A stretch of 64,000 nucleotides of DNA from an uncultured Acidobacteriota bacterium (GCA_963764715.1 CAVXTP010000021.1:128001-192000), one strand, 5' to 3'. Counted from the first letter of the stretch, positions 8,717-18,069 are shown. Notes: generated by a model from the sequence alone, not told the origin. Made by a program: numbers and translations.

Positions 8717-9739
8717 GTGAAGCCCGAAAGCGCCGAAACCCGGACGTCGCGGCCCCGCGGCGGGGCCCTCGCGGATTGCCACTTGCATTTCGAGGGGTGC
8801 CTTCCGCCCGCCGAGATCGTCCGCCTCGCGGGCGCGGCCGGGCACGCCTTCGCCGACGCCGGGGCCTTCGACGCCGCCCGTCTCGGCGTTCGCGACTCGG
8901 GAGGCTTCCTCGCGCTCTTCGCCGAGGTCTGCCGGCTTTTCCGCCGTCCCGAGGACTACGTGGCGGCGTCGCTCGCCGTGGCCGCGTCGCTCGCGTCGGA
9001 CGGCCTGCGCTACGCCGAGGTCTACGTCTCTCCCGAGATCTTCCCGAAGATCGGCCTCGATCCGGCGGCGTGCCTCGAGGCGATCGACGTCGGATTTCGC
9101 GAGGCCCTCGAGACGCACGGGATCCTCTGCCGCATCCTTCTCGACGGCGTGCGGCACTGGGGGCCCGAGTCGGTCGATCGCGTGCTCGACCTGTACGAGC
9201 GCATGCCGCTGCCCTCGATCGTCGGCTTCGGGATCGGCGGCGACGAGGCCGCGTTCCCGGCGGCGGCCTTCGGCGGGATCTACCTGCGCGCCCGCGCGCT
9301 GGGGCTGCGAACGTCGGTGCACGCCGGCGAGTGGACCGGTCCGGAGGCGGTCCGCGAGGTCCTCGACACGCTTCGGCCGGACCGCATCGACCACGGCATC
9401 GCCGCCGCGGAGGACCCGCACCTTCTCGCCCGGCTCAAGGAGGAGGACACGATCCTCTGCGTCGCCCCGACGAGCAACCTGCGGACCGGCGCGGTCGCGA
9501 GCGCGGCGGCCCATCCGCTGCGGGCGCTCCTCCGGGCCGGCGTCCGCGTGACGCTGTCGGCCGACGACCCCTCGCTCTTCGGGACGACGACCTCGGGCGA
9601 GTACCGCTTCGCGCGCGAGCAGCTCGGGCTCGACGAAGCCGAGATCCGCACCCTCGCGGGCAATGCTTTCCACGCCGCCTTCTGCTCGCGCGAGGAGCGG
9701 GAGGCGGGACTCCAGGCCCTCGCCGGCGCGCGGGTGTAG
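8717..9739 (+). CDS. add: Adenosine/adenine deaminase
   Basis: DCHLHFEG, HAGE, RIDHG, PTSN, SADDP. Start uncertain (GTG at 8696 or 8717). Confidence 0.85.
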   Translation: MKPESAETRTSRPRGGALADCHLHFEGCLPPAEIVRLAGAAGHAFADAGAFDAARLGVRDSGGFLALFAEVCRLFRRPEDYVAASLAVAASLASDGLRYAEVYVSPEIFPKIGLDPAACLEAIDVGFREALETHGILCRILLDGVRHWGPESVDRVLDLYERMPLPSIVGFGIGGDEAAFPAAAFGGIYLRARALGLRTSVHAGEWTGPEAVREVLDTLRPDRIDHGIAAAEDPHLLARLKEEDTILCVAPTSNLRTGAVASAAAHPLRALLRAGVRVTLSADDPSLFGTTTSGEYRFAREQLGLDEAEIRTLAGNAFHAAFCSREEREAGLQALAGARV

Positions 9740-9768
9740 CAGGCCCGGTTCGCGTCGGTTGCGAGAGA

Positions 9769-9793
9769 GGGCGGCCACAAGGGCCGCCCCTAC
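9769..9793 (-). repeat. GTAG-family REP element
   Basis: Minus strand reads GTAGGGGCGGCCCTTGTGGCCGCCC. Confidence 0.8.
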
Positions 9794-9843
9794 GACCGAG
9801 GCGCTCAATTTCCATGGTGCGGAAACGCAATCACGTCCGGGTC

Positions 9844-9927
9844 GTAGGGGCGGGGGTTATCGCTGGCCTTCGGCCAGCGTTGCCTGTCGCCGGTGGCTTG
9901 CCTCCGGTGGACGGCTCGTCCCCGCCC
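9844..9927 (+). repeat. GTAG REP element with a ~59-nt hairpin insertion
   Basis: GTAGGGGCGGGG-[insert]-CTCGTCCCCGCCC; compare the intact copy at 47918. Confidence 0.65.
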
Positions 9928-10524
9928 TCACAGCCGCCGTACGGCGATCCGCGCTTCGGTGAGCGCGCCGACGATCCCTTCGGCGAGCGACCGGCGCACC
10001 TCGAGCTCGAGGACCGGCTCGGGATCGAAGCGCTCCGCGACGAGCCGCACCTCGGGAGGGCGCAGGAGACGGCGCACGGCGCCCGCGGCGGCGTGCGTGG
10101 GACGGGCCTCGAGGCGGACCGTTTCGTACACGGTGCGCGAGCCGCACGCGGCGAGGGCCAGGGAGGCCGCTTCGCGGTAGCACCGCGCGAGGCCGCCGGT
10201 GCCGAGCTTCGTGCCGCCGTAGTAGCGCACGACGGCCGCCACGACGTCCGAGAGCCCCGCCGACTCGATCGCCCCGGCGATCGGCCGGCCCGCCGTTCCC
10301 CCGGGCTCGCCCGCGTCGGACGCGCGGACGGCGCTCCCGATCTTCCAGGCGAACGCGACGTGCGTCGCGTCGTGGTGCTCGCGGCGGATCTTCGCCAGGA
10401 TCTCCTCGGCCTCATCGGAAGAGGCCGCGTGCGCCGCGATCCCGAAGAACCGGGAGGCCTTCTCCCGGACCTCGCCGCGCCCTTCGCGGGCCGGGACGAG
10501 CCGGGCGTCGGCGCCGTCGGTCAC
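9928..10524 (-). CDS. yigZ: YigZ/IMPACT family protein
   Basis: EKASRF, HDATHVAFAW, SDAGEPGGTAGRPI, VVRYYGGTKLGTGGL. GTG start overlaps the bshA stop. Confidence 0.9.
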   Translation of the reverse strand: MTDGADARLVPAREGRGEVREKASRFFGIAAHAASSDEAEEILAKIRREHHDATHVAFAWKIGSAVRASDAGEPGGTAGRPIAGAIESAGLSDVVAAVVRYYGGTKLGTGGLARCYREAASLALAACGSRTVYETVRLEARPTHAAAGAVRRLLRPPEVRLVAERFDPEPVLELEVRRSLAEGIVGALTEARIAVRRL

Positions 10525-11648
10525 GCCCCGAGCGTCTTCTCGTAGAGGGCGCGGTATCGGGAGACCAGCGCGTCGGTCGGGAAGTCGACCTCGGCGCGCC
10601 GGCGCGCGGCCCGCGAAAACTTCGACCAGAGGTCCGTGTCGGAGAGAAGGCTCATCGCGGCCTTCGCCATGCCCTCGACGTCGCCGACCGGCCGGAGGTA
10701 GCCGCTGACCCCGTCCTCGACGACCTCCGGCAGTCCGCCCTTCGCCGTGCCGATGACCGGGACGCCGCAGGACATGGCCTCGAGCGCGGCCAGCCCGAAC
10801 GACTCGGCGTCCGAGGGCAGGAGCAGCAGGCGGGCGGCCGGGAGAATCGTCTCGATCGCGGCCACGTTGCCGAGGAACGTGGTCTTCGCGGCGAAGCCCC
10901 CGTCCCGCGCCAGCCGCTCGGCGAGCGAGCGCTCGGGACCGTCCCCGATGAGAAGCAGCCGCGCCGGCATCGCCTTCTGAACGCGCTCGAAAACCCCGAG
11001 GACGTCGCACACGCGCTTGACCGGCCGGAAGTTCGAGACGTGGACGAGCAGGGCCTCGCCCTCGCCGGCGAGCGACCGGGCGAAGGGCGAGGCGCCGCCG
11101 GGGTGGTACTGCTTCGTGTCGACGAAGTTGGGCAGGACCTCGATCGGGCGCTTGACCCCGAACTCCCGGATCGTGACGTCCTTGAGGTACTGCGACACCG
11201 CCGTGACGGCGTCGCTCTGGTCGATCGACCACCGCGTGATCGGGAGGTACGAGCGGTCCTGGCCGACGATCGTGACGTCGGTGCCGTGGAGGGTGGTGAC
11301 GACCTTGAGCCGCACCCCGTTGCCGTTGCCCATCTCGCGGGCGAGGATCGCGGAGATCGCGTGCGGCAGCGCGTAGTGGACGTGGAGCAGGTCGAGGTGC
11401 TCCTGGCCCGCGACCTCGGCCATCTTCGTCGCGAGCGCCAGCGTGTAGGGAGGCGAGACGAACAGAGGGTAGGACGGCGCGACGACCTCGTGGAAGTGGA
11501 CGCGCGCCCGCGGGAGGTCGAGCCGCGAGGGCAGCGCGTACGAGATGAAGTGGACCTCGTCGCCCCGATCGGCGAGCGCGATGCCGAGCTCGGTCGCGAC
11601 GACGCCGCTCCCGCCGAAGGTCGGATAACAGGTGATTCCGATTTTCAT
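10521..11648 (-). CDS. bshA: N-acetyl-alpha-D-glucosaminyl L-malate synthase
   Basis: MKIGITCYPTFGGSGVVATELG, HVHYALPHA, TTLHGTD, SNFRPVKR, ESFGLAALEAM. Confidence 0.95.
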   Translation of the reverse strand: MKIGITCYPTFGGSGVVATELGIALADRGDEVHFISYALPSRLDLPRARVHFHEVVAPSYPLFVSPPYTLALATKMAEVAGQEHLDLLHVHYALPHAISAILAREMGNGNGVRLKVVTTLHGTDVTIVGQDRSYLPITRWSIDQSDAVTAVSQYLKDVTIREFGVKRPIEVLPNFVDTKQYHPGGASPFARSLAGEGEALLVHVSNFRPVKRVCDVLGVFERVQKAMPARLLLIGDGPERSLAERLARDGGFAAKTTFLGNVAAIETILPAARLLLLPSDAESFGLAALEAMSCGVPVIGTAKGGLPEVVEDGVSGYLRPVGDVEGMAKAAMSLLSDTDLWSKFSRAARRRAEVDFPTDALVSRYRALYEKTLGA

Positions 11649-11653
11649 GGGGG

Positions 11654-12376
11654 TCAGAAGCCCGGCTCGGAGCCCTCGAAGGCCTGGACGAGGTCGGGGA
11701 TGCGGGGAGGACATCGGGCGAGGAAGCCCTCCGCGAACTCGACGTTGATCATCATGCCGAACTCGCGGGCCCGCGCCTCGATGACTTCGAGGAACTGTTT
11801 CTGCGCCAGCATCGTCGGCGGCTCGGTCGAGCCCTCCTTGTGGAACTGGCTCTCGAAGGCGCGCATGGCGGCGCGCCGCGTGTCGATGACGTCCGACACG
11901 TCGACGAGGAACTCGGGCCGCCGCGAGTCGAAGGTCGAGAAGTAGATCGTCTGTTGCGGGCGGTGCGCGGGATGGTTGGTCTCGAGCTTGCGGGTGCCCG
12001 CGTAGTACGCCGCGTCGGTGACGAGCTGGCCGGCGCGCCGGTGGTCGGGGTGGCGGTCGTCCGGGTAGGGCGTCAGGACGATGCGCGGCCTCTCGCGGCG
12101 GATCACGTCGATGACCGCGAGCTCCTCGTCGCGCCCGCGGCGCAGTCCCCCGTCCCCGAGGTCGAGCGATTCGCGGAATTCGGCGCCGAGGATCTCGGCG
12201 GCGCGCGCCGCCTCCCGCAACCGGATCTCCGCCGAGCCGCGCGTGCCCATCTCGCCGCGCGTCAGGTCCACGATTCCGAACCGGTAGCCGCGCTGCTTGA
12301 GCTTGACGAGGGTCCCGCCGCAAGTCAGCTCGACGTCGTCCGGGTGGGCCGAGATCGCGAGAACGTCAACCGGCAT
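11654..12376 (-). CDS. bshB1: Bacillithiol biosynthesis deacetylase
   Basis: AHPDDVELTCGGT, DLTRGEMGTRG, DRHPDH, AFESQF, FAEGF. Confidence 0.93.
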   Translation of the reverse strand: MPVDVLAISAHPDDVELTCGGTLVKLKQRGYRFGIVDLTRGEMGTRGSAEIRLREAARAAEILGAEFRESLDLGDGGLRRGRDEELAVIDVIRRERPRIVLTPYPDDRHPDHRRAGQLVTDAAYYAGTRKLETNHPAHRPQQTIYFSTFDSRRPEFLVDVSDVIDTRRAAMRAFESQFHKEGSTEPPTMLAQKQFLEVIEARAREFGMMINVEFAEGFLARCPPRIPDLVQAFEGSEPGF

Positions 12377-13919
12377 CGGGTGTCTCCTCCTCGAGTCCGA
12401 GGTCCACGACCGCGACCCCCGCGGCCGCCGTTCCCGCGACGCTCCGGAGGGCGGCGAGGACTTCTTCGCGGCCGAAGGCGAGCATGGCCGAGAGCGGCGG
12501 ATAGATCCGTTCGGCGGGCACCTGGCCGACCGACGGCAGCATGGCCCGCGCCAGGCGCTTGCGCCGGTTGGACTCGACGTCGCCCCGGCGCTCGGCGGCC
12601 TTGCGCGCCCGGTCGGCGAGCTGCTCGAACTGGTAGGCGATCTTCTTGGTCGCATTGTCGAGGGCCCCGGTGAGCGAGGCGTCGAGCCCCGAAAGCTCGG
12701 GGCCGAGCGCGGCGAGCTCCCGCTCGGTCGACGCGGCGAGGGCCGCGACGGCGTCGGCCTGCGGGACGGGCGCCGCCGGGGCGAGGGCGAAGGGCTGCAG
12801 GAGGTCTTCCTCGGGAATCACGAGCTGTTCGGCGAGCCGGCGCTCGGCGGGCCCTCGGACGACGACGTGGGTGCGGGGGAAGAGCACGGGCGGCCGGATT
12901 CCGAAGAGCGGAAAGATCGGGAGACTCTGGGCGTGGTAGGCGATCTCCGCCGCTCCGAGAACGCTCGCCGCCATGGGGAAGAGGTACGACTTCAGGGCCG
13001 GCCGGGTTATGACGTCGGCCGACGGAAAGCCCTCGCCGGCCTCGACCCGGGCGACCGCGGCCGGAACGTCGGCGACGCGCCGCCGCCCCTCCCCGTCGAT
13101 GAGGAAGAAGGAAAAGCCCTCCGGCACGGGCGCGGGAACCGGCTTTCCCGCGCGGCGGAGCGCTTCTTCCGTGGCTCGGAGGATCGCGGCGAGATCCTTG
13201 GACTTCGCCGCCGCCGCGAGGAAGAGCTCGGCGGTCGCGGGGCGGGCGGCCGGAACGAGCGGCTCGAGGACGAGGAGCGGATCGGGCTCGACCAGGTCGA
13301 GCAGCGTCTCGATGAACGCCTCTCCGTAGAGTGCGCCGGGGGCGCTCCGCCGCGCGAAGGCCTCGAGCACCCGGACGGCCGCCTCGTGGCGCGCCAGCGG
13401 ACGGAAGGCTTCGACGATGCCGCGGATCCCGTCGGGGATCGGCAGGCGGCCGACGGGCTGCCGGTTCTGGCGGTCCGCGCCCTCGAGCACGAGCTCCTCC
13501 GGTCCCTCGGGCCCGGGGCGCGCGGTGCGGGCGATCTCCTGGAGGTCGTGGTCGTCGGTCAACGCCCAGAAGACCGGCGCCGCCGGCACGCCGCGCTCCC
13601 GGAGCTCGCGGGCGATGCAGATCGCGTCGAGCGCCTTCATCAGCGTGAAGAGCGGTCCGGTGAAGATCCCGACCTGGTGGCCCGCCGCGACGGCGACGGC
13701 GCGCCCGGCCACGAGGTCCTCGGCCATCCGCGCCGCCTCGCCGCCGCGGTGGCGGAAGGCGGAGGCCGGCACGCGGGCGCGCGCACCGGACGCGAGCAGC
13801 TCCTTCCCGCGTTGCGCGGCGGCGTCGAGCGAGGGCGGATCGGGGAAGAACTCCGGGAGCCCTCGGAGAAAGTCGAAGAAGAGCGGCGACAGGCCCGGGT
13901 ACTTCTCGAAGGGAATCAT
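12366..13919 (-). CDS. bshC: Bacillithiol biosynthesis cysteine-adding enzyme
   Basis: GHQVGIFTGPLFTLMKA, FWALTDDHDLQEI, SADVITRP, GAAEIAY, PAERI; context with bshA and bshB1. Confidence 0.9.
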   Translation of the reverse strand: MIPFEKYPGLSPLFFDFLRGLPEFFPDPPSLDAAAQRGKELLASGARARVPASAFRHRGGEAARMAEDLVAGRAVAVAAGHQVGIFTGPLFTLMKALDAICIARELRERGVPAAPVFWALTDDHDLQEIARTARPGPEGPEELVLEGADRQNRQPVGRLPIPDGIRGIVEAFRPLARHEAAVRVLEAFARRSAPGALYGEAFIETLLDLVEPDPLLVLEPLVPAARPATAELFLAAAAKSKDLAAILRATEEALRRAGKPVPAPVPEGFSFFLIDGEGRRRVADVPAAVARVEAGEGFPSADVITRPALKSYLFPMAASVLGAAEIAYHAQSLPIFPLFGIRPPVLFPRTHVVVRGPAERRLAEQLVIPEEDLLQPFALAPAAPVPQADAVAALAASTERELAALGPELSGLDASLTGALDNATKKIAYQFEQLADRARKAAERRGDVESNRRKRLARAMLPSVGQVPAERIYPPLSAMLAFGREEVLAALRSVAGTAAAGVAVVDLGLEEETPDAG

Positions 13920-14650
13920 GCGGGCCTCCCGGGCTTTCGCGCGAGGACGATCAGGCGCGGCGATTCGGGCCCGACCGGCGATCCGTCGAAGCCTCCCCAC
14001 ATGTCCTCGATCGTCAGCCCCGCGTCGCAGAAGAGGCCGCCGAGCTCGTCGGGGCCGTACGCGCGCACGCTCTCGCGGAAGATCTCGGTCGAGCCCTCGC
14101 GGCGGACCTCGATCTCCTTCTCGATCCGCCGGGTCGTGGCGTTCCAGGTGCGCCGGATCGTGTACTGCTTCTCGCCGCAGCTCCGGCGTTCCTCCGGAAC
14201 GAGCCGGCCGAGGACGTAGTCGAGGGAGAAGGTGTCGCAGAGAAACGCTCCGCCGCGCCGGAGGACGCGCTCGATCTCCGAGACGACCGACAGGTTCTCG
14301 GCCTCGCGCAGGAAGTAGCCGAAGCTCGTGAAGAAGTTGACGACGGCCGCGAAGGCGCCGTCGGAGAAGGGGAGCGAGCGCATGTCGCCGCGCACCAGGA
14401 AGAGGTGGCGGTCGCGCCGCCGCGCGAGATCGAGGAGCGGCGCCGAGTAGTCGAGGCCGATCGGCGCCACGCCGGACTCGGCGAAGGGGACCGAGTGCCG
14501 GCCGGAACCGCAGCAGAGATCGAGCAGCGGGGCCGGGTCGGGGGGCAGGTGCGCCAGCGCGAAGGCCGCCTCGCGGCGGGCGGCGGCGAGGTCGCGGTGG
14601 GGGTACAGGTCGAGGTACTCCTCGCCGAACCACTTTTCCCACCACGTCAT
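13916..14650 (-). CDS. Class I SAM-dependent methyltransferase (candidate bacillithiol N-methyltransferase, NmbA-like)
   Basis: LDLCCGSGRH, GLDYS, RGDMR, NFFTSFGYF, ESVRAY; stop overlaps the bshC start (ATGA). Confidence 0.85.
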   Translation of the reverse strand: MTWWEKWFGEEYLDLYPHRDLAAARREAAFALAHLPPDPAPLLDLCCGSGRHSVPFAESGVAPIGLDYSAPLLDLARRRDRHLFLVRGDMRSLPFSDGAFAAVVNFFTSFGYFLREAENLSVVSEIERVLRRGGAFLCDTFSLDYVLGRLVPEERRSCGEKQYTIRRTWNATTRRIEKEIEVRREGSTEIFRESVRAYGPDELGGLFCDAGLTIEDMWGGFDGSPVGPESPRLIVLARKPGRPA

Positions 14651-14697
14651 GGCGCGCGATTATGGCAGAGGGGTCGGAGGCGTTAGAGTTGCGCGCG

Positions 14698-16032
14698 ATG
14701 AAACCGCTGGCGGTTCTCCTGCTGTTCCTCCTGCTGCCGGCCGCGGCCGAAGCGCAGCGCCCCGTCCGGCCGACGCCGACACCCGTGGTTCCGGCCGGGC
14801 CGCTCAAGATCGTCTCCCGCAAGGAGCGGATGGACCGCTACCTCCTGGCGGCGATGCGCCGGTCGGGGGTCGACCTCTGGCTCGTGCTGACGCGCGAGAA
14901 CACGACCGACCCGGTGGCCTTCGACGTCGGCGCGGAGTATGCCGTCGGGCGCGCGGCCTGCATCTTCGTCGATCGCGGCGAGACGCTCGAGCGGGTGGCC
15001 GTCGTCGCGAGCTTCGACACCGACGCCTTCGAGAAGTCGGGCCTGTACACGCACGTCGTCCCTTACGGCAAGGATGGGGCGGGCCCGGCGCTGCGGGAAC
15101 AGATCGACCGGTATACCCCCAGAGTCATCGCCGTCGATCAATCCAAGGACTTCGCGCTGGCGGACGGCCTGACGGCCGGCAACCTGCAGTGGCTGCGGGA
15201 GACGCTCGGGCCGGACCTCTCGAAGCGCCTCGTCTCCGCCGAGGCCCTGCTCGTCTCGTTCCGCAGCCGCAAGACGCCGGCCGAGATCGCGAAGATGCGG
15301 GAAGCGGTCAAGCGGACCGAGGCGATTCTCGCCGAGGCGCTCTCGCCGGCGGTCGTCGTCCCGGGCAAGACGACCGAGCGGGACGTCGCCGACTTCATCC
15401 GCAAGCGCCGCCGCGAGATGGGCCTCGGTCCGTCCTGGAGCGAGGCGCACGACCCCAACGTCAACGCCGGCGTCGCCCGGGGTCACTCCGGCGCCACCGA
15501 CGCGCTGATCGTGCCGGGCGCCGTCATCCACATCGACGCCGGCGTCGACGACTCCGGTTACAAGACGGACGTCCAGCGGCTCGCCTACGTGCTCCGCCCC
15601 GACGAGACGAAGGCGCCCGAGGAGGTCCAGAAGGCCTTCGACACCGCGAAGGCCGCCAACCGGGCGGCCGCCGCCGCCCTGAAGCCGGGCGTCAAGGGGA
15701 CGGCGGTCGACGCCGCCGGCCGCAAGGTCGTGACCGACGCCGGGTATCCGGAGTTCGTGCATGCGACCGGGCATCCGATCGGCTTCTACACCCACGACCT
15801 CGGCCCGCAGCTCGCCCCCGACTGGCCCGACCGCTACGGCAAGCTCGGCGCCTACGTGATCGAGCGCGACCAGACGTTCGCCGTCGAGCCGAGCGTGCAG
15901 GTGGAGCTGCCCTGGATGATGGGCGGCGCGGTCGGCTTCGGGCTGGAGGAGGACTACGTCGTGACGGAGAAGGGAAGCGAGCCGCTCGGCACGCCGCAGG
16001 AGACGCTGATCCTGATCCCGAGCGCGCGGTGA
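14698..16032 (+). CDS. Secreted M24 (Xaa-Pro-like) aminopeptidase
   Basis: Signal peptide from ATG 14698; RSRKTPAEI, IDAG, YKTDVQR, HATGHPIG...HD, FAVEP, LEED. Confidence 0.87.
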   Translation: MKPLAVLLLFLLLPAAAEAQRPVRPTPTPVVPAGPLKIVSRKERMDRYLLAAMRRSGVDLWLVLTRENTTDPVAFDVGAEYAVGRAACIFVDRGETLERVAVVASFDTDAFEKSGLYTHVVPYGKDGAGPALREQIDRYTPRVIAVDQSKDFALADGLTAGNLQWLRETLGPDLSKRLVSAEALLVSFRSRKTPAEIAKMREAVKRTEAILAEALSPAVVVPGKTTERDVADFIRKRRREMGLGPSWSEAHDPNVNAGVARGHSGATDALIVPGAVIHIDAGVDDSGYKTDVQRLAYVLRPDETKAPEEVQKAFDTAKAANRAAAAALKPGVKGTAVDAAGRKVVTDAGYPEFVHATGHPIGFYTHDLGPQLAPDWPDRYGKLGAYVIERDQTFAVEPSVQVELPWMMGGAVGFGLEEDYVVTEKGSEPLGTPQETLILIPSAR

Positions 16033-16649
16033 ACGGCCGCCGGGGGCTCGCGCTCCTCGCCCTGCTCCTCGCCGCCGGCTGCGGGGGCGGCCTGAAGACG
16101 ATCGCGAAGGACGGCTACACCGCGATCCTCGCCTACTCGTCGCAGGAGCGGTATTCGGTGGCGGTGCGGGGGGAGTGGCGGCGGATCGAGGGCGAGGCCG
16201 ACGGCGCCCCGCTCGTCAAGGTCGCGCGGCCGGAGCTCAAGACGGTCTGGCAGTACCGGCCGAAGACGAAGAAGCTCTTCGCGTCGGCCTGGGCGCCGAC
16301 CGACGAGATCGTGCCCGGCTACCCGCTCGACCCGCGCTTCGACGCGCGGGCGTACGCGGACCGCTTCGGCGCGCAGATCGAGCGGATCGGCGACGACACC
16401 CACGGCCTTCACCCCTGCAGCCGGTGGCGCATGACACTCCCCTCGGGCGACGTCGTGACCATCTGGGCCGCGCGGGACCTCGAGAACCTCGTCGTCAAGA
16501 TCGAGCACGCCAAGAAGGACGCCAACGACGAGTCCCAGCCCTTCACCACGACCGAGCTCCTCGACGTCCGCGTCGGCGCCGACCCCGACCTCTTCGAGAA
16601 GCCGAAGGGGTACACCGAGGTCAAGTCCTACCAGGAACTTGCGAGGTAA
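16029..16649 (+). CDS. Lipoprotein of unknown function (DUF4412/LolA-like)
   Basis: GTG overlaps the M24 stop; lipobox LAAGC; C-terminal DPDLFEKPKGY. Confidence 0.7.
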   Translation: MNGRRGLALLALLLAAGCGGGLKTIAKDGYTAILAYSSQERYSVAVRGEWRRIEGEADGAPLVKVARPELKTVWQYRPKTKKLFASAWAPTDEIVPGYPLDPRFDARAYADRFGAQIERIGDDTHGLHPCSRWRMTLPSGDVVTIWAARDLENLVVKIEHAKKDANDESQPFTTTELLDVRVGADPDLFEKPKGYTEVKSYQELAR

Positions 16650-16651
16650 TC

Positions 16652-16826
16652 GCGAACGCTCCGCTCGGGATCTGCGACCTTCGGCCGCACCGGCGAGCGG
16701 CTCGCCGGGATGCCGGCTCGACCGCTCGCCTGATCCCTCCGCTCCGCGTTCGCTCACGCGGCGCGCGCCTCCTCCCTCGGTTACTTCGGGAGACTTCGCG
16801 CGCCGCGAACTTGAGCGCCATCCGGG
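16652..16826 (-). repeat. Dispersed structured element, copy A
   Basis: Near-identical reverse complement of 51262-51438; homologous to 21007-21159. Confidence 0.9.
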
Positions 16827-16856
16827 AGTTGATTCCTTGGCGCGAGCTCGCGGCAG

Positions 16857-17936
16857 CTAAGCGGCGATGCTCTCGCGGCCCCGAATCGGCTGTAACGGCT
16901 CGAAGTCGCGGAAGAGGATGTGGTCGTAGAAGTAGTGCACCAGGAGGAACGACAGCACGACCACGTAGTAGCTCTTGTCCTGCGGGAAATTGAGGCCCTT
17001 CCAGAGGATCAGGTAGATCACGCCGGCCGAGAACGTCGCGCCGATCATCGAGAAGTAGAACTTCCTGGTGTTCTCTTTCCCGGCGAGCGCGCGGGTGAGG
17101 TTGCTGCCGATCCGGCCGGTCTCCGCCTCCCGGCCGAGCATGAACCACGTCAGGGCCAGGTACTGGAGCGAGTGCCAGGTGTTGAAGCCCTGGAACGAGA
17201 TGTCCAGGTTGTCGAAGATCGGAACCACGAAGGCCATCGCCACCGTCGTGGTCATGAAGAGGAGCCGCGGCCAGGACGTCTCGCCCCGCCGGATCTCGCG
17301 GAGCGTCCGGGCCACGTAGAAGAGAAAGAACGCCGCGTAGCCCGCGGTGAAGGCCACGGCGACGACGCGGTGCTTGAGGAAATTCGGAAAGAGGAGCACG
17401 GCGTCACCGAGGGCGAATCGGTCCTCGACGAACTTGTACATCGCCATGAGGTAGAGGGCGCCGAGGATGACGGCTCCGTCCAGCCAGCGGTCGATCGCGC
17501 GGACGGGCCCGCCGGCGCGCATCCGGTAGGTTTCCGAGATGTACTGCGCCTGGTGCGTGACGTGGAGCGACGCCCACAGGAAGAACCCGGTCAGCAGCAG
17601 GATGAAGGCGTAGACGGACCCGAGAATGACCAGGGTCGGGATGAGGACGAGCGGCAGGTAGGCGAGCAGGCCCCAGCGCTTGCGGAACCGGGGCTCGAAG
17701 GCCGTCCGCAGGTAGGTGGAGTACATGTGGGGGCCGCCCACGAGAACGGTCACCGACAGGCCGACGATCAGGCTGGACGTCCCTTCCGAGACCCCCATTT
17801 TCTTGAGGAATCCGTACGAGACGTACGGCAGGAACACCAGGACGCCCGACAGCGTCAGGAACAGCAGATCGAAGCGCTTGTCGCGGATCCAGAGGGCGGA
17901 GTCTTCTCGCGGGCCCGCCGTGGCCGTGGACGACAT
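16857..17936 (-). CDS. Polytopic membrane protein with conserved His motifs
   Basis: About 9 hydrophobic segments; GGPHMYST, HVTHQ, NTWHSLQY, HYFYDH; GGAGG RBS before ATG 17936. Confidence 0.8.
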   Translation of the reverse strand: MSSTATAGPREDSALWIRDKRFDLLFLTLSGVLVFLPYVSYGFLKKMGVSEGTSSLIVGLSVTVLVGGPHMYSTYLRTAFEPRFRKRWGLLAYLPLVLIPTLVILGSVYAFILLLTGFFLWASLHVTHQAQYISETYRMRAGGPVRAIDRWLDGAVILGALYLMAMYKFVEDRFALGDAVLLFPNFLKHRVVAVAFTAGYAAFFLFYVARTLREIRRGETSWPRLLFMTTTVAMAFVVPIFDNLDISFQGFNTWHSLQYLALTWFMLGREAETGRIGSNLTRALAGKENTRKFYFSMIGATFSAGVIYLILWKGLNFPQDKSYYVVVLSFLLVHYFYDHILFRDFEPLQPIRGRESIAA

Positions 17937-18069
17937 CCCAACCTCCCTGAGTGAAACGCCCGTCAATCCTACCAACCGCGGGAGGGTCAGGTCTTACCTC
18001 TTGCCCGAGGGGCGCAAAAAAACCGACCTCGGGCCCCTCGGCCGGGGCAAGTAAGATTATCAGCCTCCG

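Noticed and set aside
16621-17148. Small ORFs spanning the structured repeats (16621-17148, 16639-16860, 20982-21170, 20999-21310)
   Set aside because: The shared peptide AAREVSRSNRGRRRAPR simply reflects translation of the DNA repeat; there is no RBS or coding signature.
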